Shown here: piece by piece, positions 47,741-57,297 of the stretch
How positions within the stretch are numbered: the first letter of the stretch is position 1
Layout of the letters: every line of letters starts with the position of its first letter
NCBI GenBank assembly: GCA_047638815.1
Contig: JBLIMR010000006.1
Coordinates: 6,805-70,804, forward strand
Reading direction: 5' to 3'
Length of the DNA: 64,000 bases
Source: Gammaproteobacteria bacterium
Lineage (GTDB): Bacteria; Bacteroidota; Bacteroidia; Flavobacteriales_D; JABDKJ01
Program-made: the position numbers and the translations under genes
The notes under the pieces: generated by a model
What the model was told of the DNA's origin: nothing
Databases searched by the model: none
Seen by the model: the letters and a program-made list of their open reading frames with translations, nothing else

Positions 47741-48733
47741 TTATGATAAGTTTATTAGTGTCGACAAAGCTTTTTTCGCCTGACCAGTTTTTAAAGATTC
47801 TCTCGCTTCTTCTATGCATTGCTGAATCGATTTATGCGGGTTCAAACAATGTATCGCAAGTCCAGCATTTGCTTCAATCACCGCATTTTGAGAAGCAGTT
47901 CCTTGGCCTGAAATAATGGCGCGAAATAATGAAACACTTTCTTCAATGGTTTCACCACCGTATATATCCTCTGGCTTGACTAATTTTAATCCGAAATCTT
48001 CGGGAGAAAAAACTTGTTCTCCAATATTAGATCCAACCTTAAAATCTCCCGTTAGTGATACCTCATCGTATCCATCAAGTGCATGTAGCACCTTATATGA
48101 AACATTTTCCTCTTGTAAAATGTAATGATAGAGACGCAATAGTTTTAAGTTAAATACACCGGAAATCTGATGTGTAGGTCTCACTGGATTAACTATTGGT
48201 CCGAGCATATTAAAAAATGTTTTTACGCCCAGTTGTTTTCTAATGGGTCCTACCGAAGCCATAGCGGGATGGAATAATGGGGCGTGAAAAAAAGCAATGT
48301 TGCTTTTATCCAATTGTCTTTTTAATTTTGAAATATCATTGGTGAAATCATACCCTAAGGCTTCTAGAACATTGGAAGAACCACATACAGAGCTAACTCC
48401 ATAATTTCCATGCTTAGTAACTTTATACCCGGCACCAGCGACAACAAATGATGAAAGCGTACTAATGTTAAAAGTGTTTTTTCCATCTCCACCTGTCCCA
48501 CATAAATCAATAGACTCTAAACCTCCCAAATCAACTTTTAAGCATAAATCTAAGAGCGCATCACGAAATCCCATGAGTTCATTTTTACTAACGCTACGCA
48601 TTAAAAAAACGGTTAGAAATGCAGCCACTTGTGAATCGTTATATTCCTTGTCCGCGATTTTGATCAAGACTTCTCTCGCTTCATCTCTCGAAAGTTTATC
48701 ATGTTCGAATAATCTGTTGAGCAACTTTTTCAT
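47741..48733 (-). CDS. trpD: Anthranilate phosphoribosyltransferase
   Basis: DLCGTGGDGKNTFNIST, KHGN, and NPVRP region. Confidence 0.92.
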   Translation of the reverse strand: MKKLLNRLFEHDKLSRDEAREVLIKIADKEYNDSQVAAFLTVFLMRSVSKNELMGFRDALLDLCLKVDLGGLESIDLCGTGGDGKNTFNISTLSSFVVAGAGYKVTKHGNYGVSSVCGSSNVLEALGYDFTNDISKLKRQLDKSNIAFFHAPLFHPAMASVGPIRKQLGVKTFFNMLGPIVNPVRPTHQISGVFNLKLLRLYHYILQEENVSYKVLHALDGYDEVSLTGDFKVGSNIGEQVFSPEDFGLKLVKPEDIYGGETIEESVSLFRAIISGQGTASQNAVIEANAGLAIHCLNPHKSIQQCIEEARESLKTGQAKKALSTLINLS

Positions 48734-48734
48734 A

Positions 48735-49307
48735 TTAAATATTCATAAAGTTTATCATCATCTTTTTTCCTAAAGGCGTCATGATGGACTCTGGATGAAA
48801 CTGAACACCGTAAACTGGTAACTGGGCATGTCTAAAGCTCATAATCTCTCCATTCTCGTCATTGGAAGTAACCAACAATTCTTCTGGAAATGAATCCTTA
48901 CTTGAAGCCCATGAGTGATATCTGCCGGCTATAAACTCAGATGGAATTCCTTCAAACAATGGACATTCAACTTTAGTGCGAATCATTTTCCCTTCAATGC
49001 CGTGATATACCGTTGGTAGGTTATAAATTTCACCACCGTAGTTTATCGTTATTGCTTGATGCCCAAGACACACCCCAAGAATCGGTTTTGAAGATGCAAG
49101 ATTCTTCAGTATTTTTAGCATGTTTCCTGCTTCATTAGGAATGCCCGGACCAGGGGACAAAATTATTTTATCGTAAGAGCTTGCTTCTTCAATATCTATC
49201 TCATCATTTCTTTTGACCTCAATATCATAAGTATCCTGAGATCTCAGGATGTGTACCAGATTGTAGGTGAATGAATCATAGTTATCGATTACCAATAATT
49301 TCCTCAT
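48735..49307 (-). CDS. trpG: Anthranilate synthase component II (glutamine amidotransferase)
   Basis: GVCLGHQ (catalytic Cys) and FHPES (His/Glu). Start overlaps the trpE stop (ATGA). Confidence 0.9.
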   Translation of the reverse strand: MRKLLVIDNYDSFTYNLVHILRSQDTYDIEVKRNDEIDIEEASSYDKIILSPGPGIPNEAGNMLKILKNLASSKPILGVCLGHQAITINYGGEIYNLPTVYHGIEGKMIRTKVECPLFEGIPSEFIAGRYHSWASSKDSFPEELLVTSNDENGEIMSFRHAQLPVYGVQFHPESIMTPLGKKMMINFMNI

Positions 49308-50686
49308 ATCTTCTCTGCTTGTTTTAGGGCTTTAGTCAGTGCGCCTAGTTTATTGTTTACTTCTTGCAATTCTTTTTCTGGGACAGAATCCATAACGACA
49401 CCTGCACCAGCTTGAAAGTGTAACCTGTTTTTTTGCGACAAAAATGATCGTATAATTATTGCCATATTTAGGACGCCAGAGTCCAATGAAATATAGCCTA
49501 TCGATCCACCATAAAAAGTTCGATGCTGATTTTCATATTCTTTTATCAGATTTAGCGCTTTATACTTTGGAGCACCAGAAAGTGTTCCTGCCGGAAATGT
49601 GTCCCCAAATATTTTTAATAATTTTTCAGGTTCAGTTAACTTTCCCGTAACTTTTGATACCAAATGAATGACGTGAGAAAAGTATTGAATCTCCTTGTAA
49701 TTTTTAACATCTACTTCATCACAGTTTCTTGAAAGATCATTTCTTGCCAAATCGACCAACATAACATGCTCGGCATTTTCCTTAGGATCATCTAAAAGTT
49801 CTTTTGCATGAATCGCATCCTCCTCGTCATTTCCTGTTCTTCTGTATGTTCCAGCTATCGGATGAATCTCTGCCACTCCATCGTCCACCACAAGCTGTGC
49901 CTCTGGGGAAGATCCGAAAATCTTGAAAGAACCATAGTCAAAATAAAAAAGATATGGTGAAGGATTTATACTTCTCAAACTTCGATAAACGCAAAGGTCA
50001 TCTCCTTTAAATTTTACACTGAAGGCACGGGATAAGACAATTTGAAACACATCGCCTTTTCTACAATGTTCTTTGCCCTTAAGGACAGCATCAATAAAAG
50101 CTTCATCCGTTAAGTTTGACTGCACCTCCGATGCAATTCGAAATGGGAAGGTGTCCACATCTTGTCTATTGAGCAATGCTTGTACTTTCTTTATCTGAGG
50201 CTCATCACCCTCTGGGGTGTTTTCTATGAGCTCAAGCTCATTGTTATAATGGTTAAAGACCAAAACAAATCGATAAAATGCAAAATGTATATCTGGAATA
50301 TCATTGCTTCTTTTAGTATAATCGAATGTGTGAGAGTCAAAATATTGTGTGGACTCAAAAGTATTGTATCCAAATAAACCTTGATGTCCGTTGGATTGAT
50401 CAACGTGAATTCTAGACTTAAACTCTCCCAATAAAGACAATGCTTCCTTCGGATCTATCACCTGCTGCTTACTCGTTTTACCCTCCTTTATAGTAAGCTC
50501 ATTTTGTTTCAAGCTAAAGGACATTTGAGGGTCAAAACAAATAAACGACTTACTGTTCGATGCACTATTGTTATCAGTACTCTCTAAAAGAAGCAATTCA
50601 CTGTAACTACCCCTAAATTTCATATAGGCGTTTACAGGTGTTATTAGATCCGCAAGTTGTTTGATATATGTTGATTTAAATTTCAT
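49304..50686 (-). CDS. trpE: Anthranilate synthase component I
   Basis: GTLSGAPK, FYGGSIGY, GAGVV motifs. The ORF track starts at TTG 50710 inside the attenuator hairpin; the ATG at 50686 (MKFKSTYIKQ), just after the U-tract, is the sensible start. Confidence 0.92.
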   Translation of the reverse strand: MKFKSTYIKQLADLITPVNAYMKFRGSYSELLLLESTDNNSASNSKSFICFDPQMSFSLKQNELTIKEGKTSKQQVIDPKEALSLLGEFKSRIHVDQSNGHQGLFGYNTFESTQYFDSHTFDYTKRSNDIPDIHFAFYRFVLVFNHYNNELELIENTPEGDEPQIKKVQALLNRQDVDTFPFRIASEVQSNLTDEAFIDAVLKGKEHCRKGDVFQIVLSRAFSVKFKGDDLCVYRSLRSINPSPYLFYFDYGSFKIFGSSPEAQLVVDDGVAEIHPIAGTYRRTGNDEEDAIHAKELLDDPKENAEHVMLVDLARNDLSRNCDEVDVKNYKEIQYFSHVIHLVSKVTGKLTEPEKLLKIFGDTFPAGTLSGAPKYKALNLIKEYENQHRTFYGGSIGYISLDSGVLNMAIIIRSFLSQKNRLHFQAGAGVVMDSVPEKELQEVNNKLGALTKALKQAEKI

Positions 50687-50689
50687 TGT

Positions 50690-50724
50690 AAAAAAAAAGC
50701 GGCCTACCAAAGTGGTAAGCCGCC
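50690..50724 (-). terminator. trp attenuator terminator
   Basis: Minus-strand RNA GCGGCUUACC-ACUUU-GGUAGGCCGC followed by nine U, ending 3 nt before the trpE ATG. The one odd pair is G-U only on the minus transcript. Confidence 0.8.
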
Positions 50725-50753
50725 AAAATATATTTAATAATATACAAGTAGCA

Positions 50754-50816
50754 CTACTCCACTCCGCATGAGGAATAATTAAGCCACCAACTTGTATATA
50801 TAACTGTCAAATTCAT
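50754..50816 (-). CDS. trp leader peptide (20 aa, tandem Trp codons)
   Basis: ATG AAT TTG ACA GTT ATA TAT ACA AGT TGG TGG CTT AAT TAT TCC TCA TGC GGA GTG GAG TAG encodes MNLTVIYTSWWLNYSSCGVE. It lies between the promoter region and the attenuator hairpin. Confidence 0.7.
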   Translation of the reverse strand: MNLTVIYTSWWLNYSSCGVE

Positions 50817-50922
50817 AGTAAGGCAAATATTGTCATTTCTTTTTTATCACACAAGGGTGAATATTAATTTTTCTATTTCTGAGTTTACAATTCCAAATTG
50901 AAGATAAGATATACATTATTAA

Positions 50923-51714
50923 CTAGTAGAACGTGTAATCAAAGTTCATCTCCGAATACAACTTACCATTATTGGATTTTTTGATTTTCGAAATGTAACC
51001 GTGTTTGTTGTATAATATATCCTCCTCCATTAGTAATGGCCTAGCTAATAATTCCGCCAAGGACATGATCGTTTTCTTTACAAGATATCCTGACTCATTA
51101 TAGTCATAATAGATTTGAGAATCCTCCTCCGCCTCTCTACTGGGATTATCAAAAGCGAATAACTTTTCTTCTACGATCTGACCTTGTTTAAAAATGTAGA
51201 CCGATTCATTTTTTAACTCGCCCTTGTGCGTGCTTTTTTTTGATCTAATATCACCCTCCAAGTCATAATCAAATTGATAAACCCAAATTTGGGATGAATC
51301 ATTATCCAAAACAATTTCAAATTGAAGACTACCATCTTCATTGTAATTCCGTACAATTTTTTCAACTTGTGTTCTGTTTGTTAATGGATAATATTTTTCC
51401 TTTTTCACCAAAAGCCCCTTGTCATTATAGTCATACGCGAGCTCTTCTTGAATCTCTTTGAATTTTGAAAACCTAGTCTCTATAGCCAACAATCCAATAC
51501 TGTCATATTTGTATTTTCTTATACTAGTTCTCTCTTTTTTGGCATAATTAACCTGCTCAATGAGTTGGCCGCTTTCATTGTATGTCTCTTCGATAACTGA
51601 AACAGTTTTGCCTTGAAAATTAGATTTAGTAATGATTTTAGACTTGATGACTTCTTTTTGACCCACAAGTGGCGAACAAAAAACAATAAGAAATAAGGTA
51701 AATACAAGCCTCAT
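50923..51714 (-). CDS. Hypothetical secreted protein with YD-repeat-like units
   Basis: Signal peptide from ATG 51714. Repeated Y(x)YD/N..G.L motifs (YKYDSIGLL, YDYNDKGLLV, RNYNEDGSL, YDYNESGYLV). Confidence 0.5.
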   Translation of the reverse strand: MRLVFTLFLIVFCSPLVGQKEVIKSKIITKSNFQGKTVSVIEETYNESGQLIEQVNYAKKERTSIRKYKYDSIGLLAIETRFSKFKEIQEELAYDYNDKGLLVKKEKYYPLTNRTQVEKIVRNYNEDGSLQFEIVLDNDSSQIWVYQFDYDLEGDIRSKKSTHKGELKNESVYIFKQGQIVEEKLFAFDNPSREAEEDSQIYYDYNESGYLVKKTIMSLAELLARPLLMEEDILYNKHGYISKIKKSNNGKLYSEMNFDYTFY

Positions 51715-51853
51715 AGAGTTTATTTGACACAAATCTAGTATAACATTAGCCTCTTGTCAATATCAAAACTTGTAAGAATATTGTTACTCATAAGCCCGAA
51801 CAATTCCCAAACAAACCTGATTCATATAAAAGATCCCTTCCATAGGTCCTTTT

Positions 51854-54829
51854 TTACTCCACAACTACTTTATAAACAGAGTTGCCATTTTCCGCAGATA
51901 CATGCAGCATATATATGCCAGCGCTAGCATCCTTAAGGTCCAATCGCAAATTATTATCTCTAATCTTTGATTCATTATAAATAACCTTGCCCTGACTGTC
52001 CATCAAAATAACAGTTTCTACACTCTTTAACGATCCGAAATCAATGAAAAGAATGTCACTAGTTGGATTAGGCGATATGGAAATATTGTTGGTCGTAAAA
52101 TCCTCAATACCCACTATATTGAAAGTGATACAATCAGACATTCCAGCACATTCGTTTTCCGTTACTATTACCGCATATTCACCTGAATTATCTGGATTGT
52201 ATGACTGATTTGTAGCACCATCAATACTGTTGTTTGTTTGACAATCAACCCATTGATATGAAACGCTAACATTGTCGTTATCTGCAATGAGTGTATTTAC
52301 ATCTACATCAACATCAACGGCTGTAGAAAATGTGACAATTGAGGTCACTACACTATCACAACCTCCAACGCTAGTGAAAACATCTTCATAAGTTCCTGGA
52401 GCATCAATTACGTTCCCATTGATCTCAATGGTCTCCCCTTGACAAATTTCAAACTCTTGCTCAGGTCCATCTACATCTGGAATGTCAAAAGCTTGAGTTT
52501 GATCAAATCTATTAGAAGCACTTCCTTGATTCGCACTAGCACCCAATCCTCTATTTGCAAAAACTTGCCAAATTAGGCATTGATGTATGCCTCCATAATT
52601 CAACATATCTGCTTCCAAAATGGCATCTCTACCATCAACAAAACCTGGGCCACATGGTTGAAGTTTAAGTCCATCAATGACCAATTGCATGGCAATATTA
52701 TTACCTCCAGTGCCATTGTAAACATCAGAATCAAAACCATATTGTTCTATCAGTGCCCAGTTAAGATCCCATAAAATTGTAGCCCATACAAAGCCAATGC
52801 CGTGTGGCTGTGAGATATTATCATTGTTTGTATCACCATAAGTGAAATCATTTACTGCTGGATCTGTACTATACGGTGCTGGTCTGATGCCATTGCCATT
52901 TGTTGCTTGACCAATAGCATATGTTCCAACACCCCTAGGGTCACCTGGAAGATCACCATCAAGCATTGTTAGCATTATGCCAAACCAGTCGGACCATCCT
53001 TCACCCATCTGTTCGTCATTACTTAGGCAGTTTGAATTGTTTGCTCCGCCAGTTAATCGTATTGATATGCCATGACCATATTCATGAGCGATTATTCCGT
53101 TATCAAAAGAACTGTCATTGGCTATCAATTCAGCTGAGTCATCAACTATGGTACCATTGACCAAGTCACCATTCGCCAGTGCATCAATAATGGCTTCGCC
53201 CTGACCAGAAGAAAGCATTAAGGAAGGGATAGTAACACTGCTGCCAAGAGCGCCAGCACCCATTGCTACAGGACCTCCAGCCACATTATTCACAATGATG
53301 ACAGCGACAGCGCCTTCATCTTCAGCAGCAAGAATCTTGAACCCAAATTCACACTCCCCTCTTCTTATAACAGCAATCTTTCCCTCGATATCATCTCCAT
53401 TCAAAATGTCCTCGCAGGCATCATTAGGATCACCTCCAGTCTCATCCGTTACTAGTACTAGATCTGCTGTAAGAGGAATCGTAGGAATATCAGGACCGAA
53501 ACCTGCCAAACTATTCGCATATTCTACATCCAAAGATTCATCAGAAGGTGGTGCATTAACAATGAAGTTATTACTTTCACTTGAAGTCCACAGATACATT
53601 TGCATTCTGGGTCTGGTACCATCCGCTGGGGTTGAGAAGTTAGCGTTGTTTGTATCCCCTCCATCCTGAGCTTCAGCACGGACATAATCATTTTCGAAAC
53701 CACCTGTTCCTGTGTAGTTCTCTTCTTGAAAATTTCCACTTGCTTCGTCAAATCCATATTGGTACCATACATCATGCATGATATTATTCATGTAAAAAAG
53801 ATTGGTAGTCGCAGCATCCAAATTAGCTTGTGCAGGTTGATCTCCGTCATATATAAAATTGAAATTTAATGCCGCTCCACCATCTGGGGATGCACCTGCA
53901 TTATTGTTGTTGTTCAAGTCTTCATAGGCATGAACATTATTTCCTCTTGTTATAGCGTATTCATCACCAGGGATACCATTATCATCATGCCATCCAAATG
54001 GAGAGGCCTCCAAATCTTCTGGATCTTGAACCGTGATTCTAGGGCCATGTGTTGGGCTCTCAGTTGGAATAGCAAACACATTGTATGATCCTACAACTGG
54101 CAACGGAAGAGGTTCTAATACCAATGGGCTATTATTTTCAGAACGGGTATTAACGTTTGCATGGTTTTCATGCGAACAGCTTTCAAAATCGCATTTTGTC
54201 ACCCAATTATTCTTGCTGATTATTTCTCCTGTTTCAGCATCTACTCTTACACTCCACCAGTTTTCAGCATCCAAAGTATTGATGCTCAAATCCCATGAAA
54301 GTCTAATTTCCTCATTATCGGTATATTGATAAACTAACTTTACTGGAATATTTTCCAAAGAGATTCCTGTTTTATCAAATAGGAATTCGTGTGTACTTAT
54401 TGGGTTTATAATTTTCAAGGGAGCGTTAACTTCTATACCCAATTGCTCCGCTGCATGCTGGATGGCAAGTTGAGGGCTAAGAGTTGGTGATATTGCATTA
54501 GCCTTTTGCGAAATATTTTTTACCAAGCGATTACCCATACTATATACTTTGGCATCTCGAATATTGAAATTGGCGGTTCCATTGACAATTTCCAATCCAT
54601 TGTGCATTTGATTGATATACACATGTGTTACATTGGTACTTTTGGAATGAAATTCTTTGGAGATAATCCAATCACTGAAATCTCCTTTTTCCAAATCAAA
54701 TTCCTCTTGATTTTCAAAAAGGTAATTCTGAATTATATCTGTAGACTCCTGAGCTACAATAATGCTTGAAAAGAAAGTAATTGCTAATATTATTATCCCC
54801 GTTAATCCGTAATTTGATCTGTAATTCAT
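51854..54829 (-). CDS. M36 (fungalysin) family metalloprotease with PA domain and T9SS CTD
   Basis: N-terminal FTP-type propeptide region. HEYGHGISIRLTGG zinc motif characteristic of M36. Inserted PA-like domain (GKIAVIRRGECEFGFK). C-terminal ISISPNPTSDILFIDF...YKVVVE. Confidence 0.85.
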   Translation of the reverse strand: MNYRSNYGLTGIIILAITFFSSIIVAQESTDIIQNYLFENQEEFDLEKGDFSDWIISKEFHSKSTNVTHVYINQMHNGLEIVNGTANFNIRDAKVYSMGNRLVKNISQKANAISPTLSPQLAIQHAAEQLGIEVNAPLKIINPISTHEFLFDKTGISLENIPVKLVYQYTDNEEIRLSWDLSINTLDAENWWSVRVDAETGEIISKNNWVTKCDFESCSHENHANVNTRSENNSPLVLEPLPLPVVGSYNVFAIPTESPTHGPRITVQDPEDLEASPFGWHDDNGIPGDEYAITRGNNVHAYEDLNNNNNAGASPDGGAALNFNFIYDGDQPAQANLDAATTNLFYMNNIMHDVWYQYGFDEASGNFQEENYTGTGGFENDYVRAEAQDGGDTNNANFSTPADGTRPRMQMYLWTSSESNNFIVNAPPSDESLDVEYANSLAGFGPDIPTIPLTADLVLVTDETGGDPNDACEDILNGDDIEGKIAVIRRGECEFGFKILAAEDEGAVAVIIVNNVAGGPVAMGAGALGSSVTIPSLMLSSGQGEAIIDALANGDLVNGTIVDDSAELIANDSSFDNGIIAHEYGHGISIRLTGGANNSNCLSNDEQMGEGWSDWFGIMLTMLDGDLPGDPRGVGTYAIGQATNGNGIRPAPYSTDPAVNDFTYGDTNNDNISQPHGIGFVWATILWDLNWALIEQYGFDSDVYNGTGGNNIAMQLVIDGLKLQPCGPGFVDGRDAILEADMLNYGGIHQCLIWQVFANRGLGASANQGSASNRFDQTQAFDIPDVDGPEQEFEICQGETIEINGNVIDAPGTYEDVFTSVGGCDSVVTSIVTFSTAVDVDVDVNTLIADNDNVSVSYQWVDCQTNNSIDGATNQSYNPDNSGEYAVIVTENECAGMSDCITFNIVGIEDFTTNNISISPNPTSDILFIDFGSLKSVETVILMDSQGKVIYNESKIRDNNLRLDLKDASAGIYMLHVSAENGNSVYKVVVE

Positions 54830-55042
54830 TCCCCTAATATTAAAATATATTTTTGTGAGCTAATTTAGGTGTAATAAACCAAGAAGCTTGTTGCAAAAAC
54901 AAATTTAGTTGGAAAGCTAACTCAATAGGACATAATACGCTCCCAAATTGCTATTTGTCAGGTCGTGGACATGGCACAGTTATAGCTTTGACGATAATTA
55001 AAGGCCTGATATATCACCCGACCAACACATTCTCTTTGATTC

Positions 55043-55924
55043 CTACTTACTCATATCATAGAAAATTCCTATTGAATAGCTAGGTCTTGCTGCTATTAGT
55101 TCACCATGAAATGCTGTGGCATTTCCGAATGAAAGCCCTAATCTTTTTGTTGCATATCCATTTATCTCTATCGCTGTGCTTCCATACTCCAGATTATTAG
55201 CATATATGTTTGCACTATTAATGGTTGTTGTTTCATCCCCATTATTAAATGAACTAACACCGTATACTCGTGCCACCAACCAAATTCTATTTTTAAGCAA
55301 GCCAAGTCCCAATTCGGTGCCATATCTCAATTCATCAGAGAAAGATTGCGTTCGATTGTTTATTCCTCCGTATCCTGATAGGTATGCACTAACATTATCA
55401 TGCAATTGAAAACCATAACCTAGATCCAATTGTATCATTTGATTGAATTCACCATCCCCGGTATTTAAGAAATTTCGACTGCCAGCGTCCGTGCTTCCTG
55501 TTGGCACCCCAATGTATAGTGACGCGGCAACAGGAATTTTTGAACCTGCTTTTGTTATCCCATATTTAAGTCCCAAATCAATATCCCCAAGAGCGTTTAA
55601 TTCATCACCCGGGATCACAATTTCCCCAGTATTGGACGATACTTGATTGTTCGTATAATTCCGGCTAAAGATATTTCCATTAAAAATACCGGTTAATCGA
55701 TCTGTCAATCCATATTCAGCATATAAACTGGTGTTAAAGACTCCAGTTGTTACGTTCTTATCGATGTTCCCCTCTGCATTAAAATGTTGATCAAAGACCA
55801 CCCACCATTCGGACAACTTAAAGAAACCTATTCCTTTCTTTTGCGTCCAGGGTCCCCCTGCCATGAGTGTATTAGAGATTAACAAAACAATTAGTAAACC
55901 AAATAAACTTTTTTTCATTTTCAT
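55043..55924 (-). CDS. Outer-membrane beta-barrel protein (MetA-pathway/transporter-like)
   Basis: Signal peptide, alternating beta-strand pattern, C-terminal aromatic (IGIFYDMSK). Located 18 nt downstream of the VPGCxxT gene. Confidence 0.55.
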   Translation of the reverse strand: MKMKKSLFGLLIVLLISNTLMAGGPWTQKKGIGFFKLSEWWVVFDQHFNAEGNIDKNVTTGVFNTSLYAEYGLTDRLTGIFNGNIFSRNYTNNQVSSNTGEIVIPGDELNALGDIDLGLKYGITKAGSKIPVAASLYIGVPTGSTDAGSRNFLNTGDGEFNQMIQLDLGYGFQLHDNVSAYLSGYGGINNRTQSFSDELRYGTELGLGLLKNRIWLVARVYGVSSFNNGDETTTINSANIYANNLEYGSTAIEINGYATKRLGLSFGNATAFHGELIAARPSYSIGIFYDMSK

Positions 55925-55941
55925 CTTTTAACTAGGAATTA

Positions 55942-56913
55942 TTAACCGGCAATTTCAAGCATCAAATACCATGCTTCCTTTAAATTGCACTTGTATAATT
56001 CTTTTCTGTGATTGCTTAGTTCTGGTAGTTTGTAGAACCACTTTAATTGAGTTGGACTCAAATACTTTTTCGCGTCCTCCCCACTGCCTAAAGCACTATT
56101 TATTTTAGTCCTCTGTAGTTCGCTCAAAGGCAAATATTTAAAGTTAGAATGCTGGAGTTGATACTTTGTGTCTTTCTCTGAAAATTGGAACTTTCCTTTT
56201 GTGTTTAATGGTGAACATTTGGCAGTTGCCGCATGTTCCGTCAGATCAGATTCCGAAAGTACATTAGGATCAAAAAGAACCTTCACTACTTCCTTTCCAC
56301 CTTCAAAACCAGCCTCAGTTCCAACAACACCATCCAGTTTCCCTAGATGTTTTTCTCCGCTCCAAAAGCAGCACATGCTGTACGTTTTTTCTTCAATATT
56401 TTTGGATTCAGCAAGCAATTCTTGCTCCAAAATTTTCAAATATTCTGGCACTTCTTTTTTACTTGATTTCAAGGCGCTTATCATGGCCATTAACAGACCC
56501 AATGAAGAATAATTTCTATTGACTCGGTCAACAATATCTATCCCATTAGCGTTCACTATTCGAACAACAGGATTGTTCCAAGTCGGCTCATTGTATTTTT
56601 CTAATATTTTTTTATCCTCACCTCCCTTGTTGTTGTGAATGGCTAGTGGAATAAATAAATTTTCAATTGCATCAACCATTAATGGATGACTGAGAACATC
56701 TTGACCGTAATTACGACAAGTAGAACATCCCGGCACTTCTTGAAATAATATGAGAACATCTTTATCTTTATTGGAAGATTCAACGATGGCCTCATCAAAA
56801 TTTCTAAGCCAATCCACAGTGCCGAGTTCTACGGCATGGGTTCCATTTTTTTGACTAAAAATGACAGCTGTAAATAAGAGATTAATAGTAATAATCATAA
56901 GAGCGTTTTTCAT
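55942..56913 (-). CDS. VPGUxxT-family thioredoxin-like protein (Cys form, VPGCSTC) fused to an MsrA-like domain
   Basis: Signal peptide. LILFQEVPGCSTCRNYG in a thioredoxin-like N-domain. C-domain YSMCCFWSGEKHLGKLDGVVGTEAGFEGG resembles the GCFWG.E...GV..T..GY.GG box of methionine sulfoxide reductase A. Confidence 0.6.
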   Translation of the reverse strand: MKNALMIITINLLFTAVIFSQKNGTHAVELGTVDWLRNFDEAIVESSNKDKDVLILFQEVPGCSTCRNYGQDVLSHPLMVDAIENLFIPLAIHNNKGGEDKKILEKYNEPTWNNPVVRIVNANGIDIVDRVNRNYSSLGLLMAMISALKSSKKEVPEYLKILEQELLAESKNIEEKTYSMCCFWSGEKHLGKLDGVVGTEAGFEGGKEVVKVLFDPNVLSESDLTEHAATAKCSPLNTKGKFQFSEKDTKYQLQHSNFKYLPLSELQRTKINSALGSGEDAKKYLSPTQLKWFYKLPELSNHRKELYKCNLKEAWYLMLEIAG

Positions 56914-56919
56914 ATTACA

Positions 56920-57297
56920 TCAAGTTATTTTAAGATCCGACACGATAATATTATATCCATCGGGATCCTTAATTAACATTCCTTTGGTTTTCCAATATGG
57001 GTTCTTTGGCTCTAGTTTGCTAACAGCGTATGTTTCTATATTCTCAATAACGGCATTAAAAGTTAAAATATTTTCCGGATAAAAAACCAAAATATCATCC
57101 TCATCAAAACTAGGATGGGCAACATCTTTTGATTGGGTAAATTCCAAATGCCAGCCCAACTCTTTTAAGCCCAAGAAAACACCATCATATCCACTGTGAT
57201 TCGTAAATTGACCAAGTAACTCAAAACCCAATATTTTTTGATAAAAATCCTTTATTGCATTCAGGTTGTTGGTATGTCTAGCTACTCGAAATATCAT
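56920..57297 (-). CDS. VOC (glyoxalase/bleomycin-resistance) family protein
   Basis: 125 aa with a paired beta-alpha-beta-beta-beta pattern (FYQKILGFEL...HLEF...KDPDGYNI). Confidence 0.75.
   Translation of the reverse strand: MIFRVARHTNNLNAIKDFYQKILGFELLGQFTNHSGYDGVFLGLKELGWHLEFTQSKDVAHPSFDEDDILVFYPENILTFNAVIENIETYAVSKLEPKNPYWKTKGMLIKDPDGYNIIVSDLKIT

Noticed and set aside
50687-50710. ORF-track N-terminal extension of trpE (MVGRFFFT from TTG 50710)
   Set aside because: The extension is the translation of the attenuator hairpin and its U-tract. The ATG at 50686 directly follows the terminator and begins the conserved TrpE sequence.
53295-53669. 124-aa plus-strand ORF inside the M36 protease gene (also 54033-54329 and 54506-54769)
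   Set aside because: It is nested antisense to a strongly supported 991-aa gene, with a Ser/Pro-rich translation lacking motifs.
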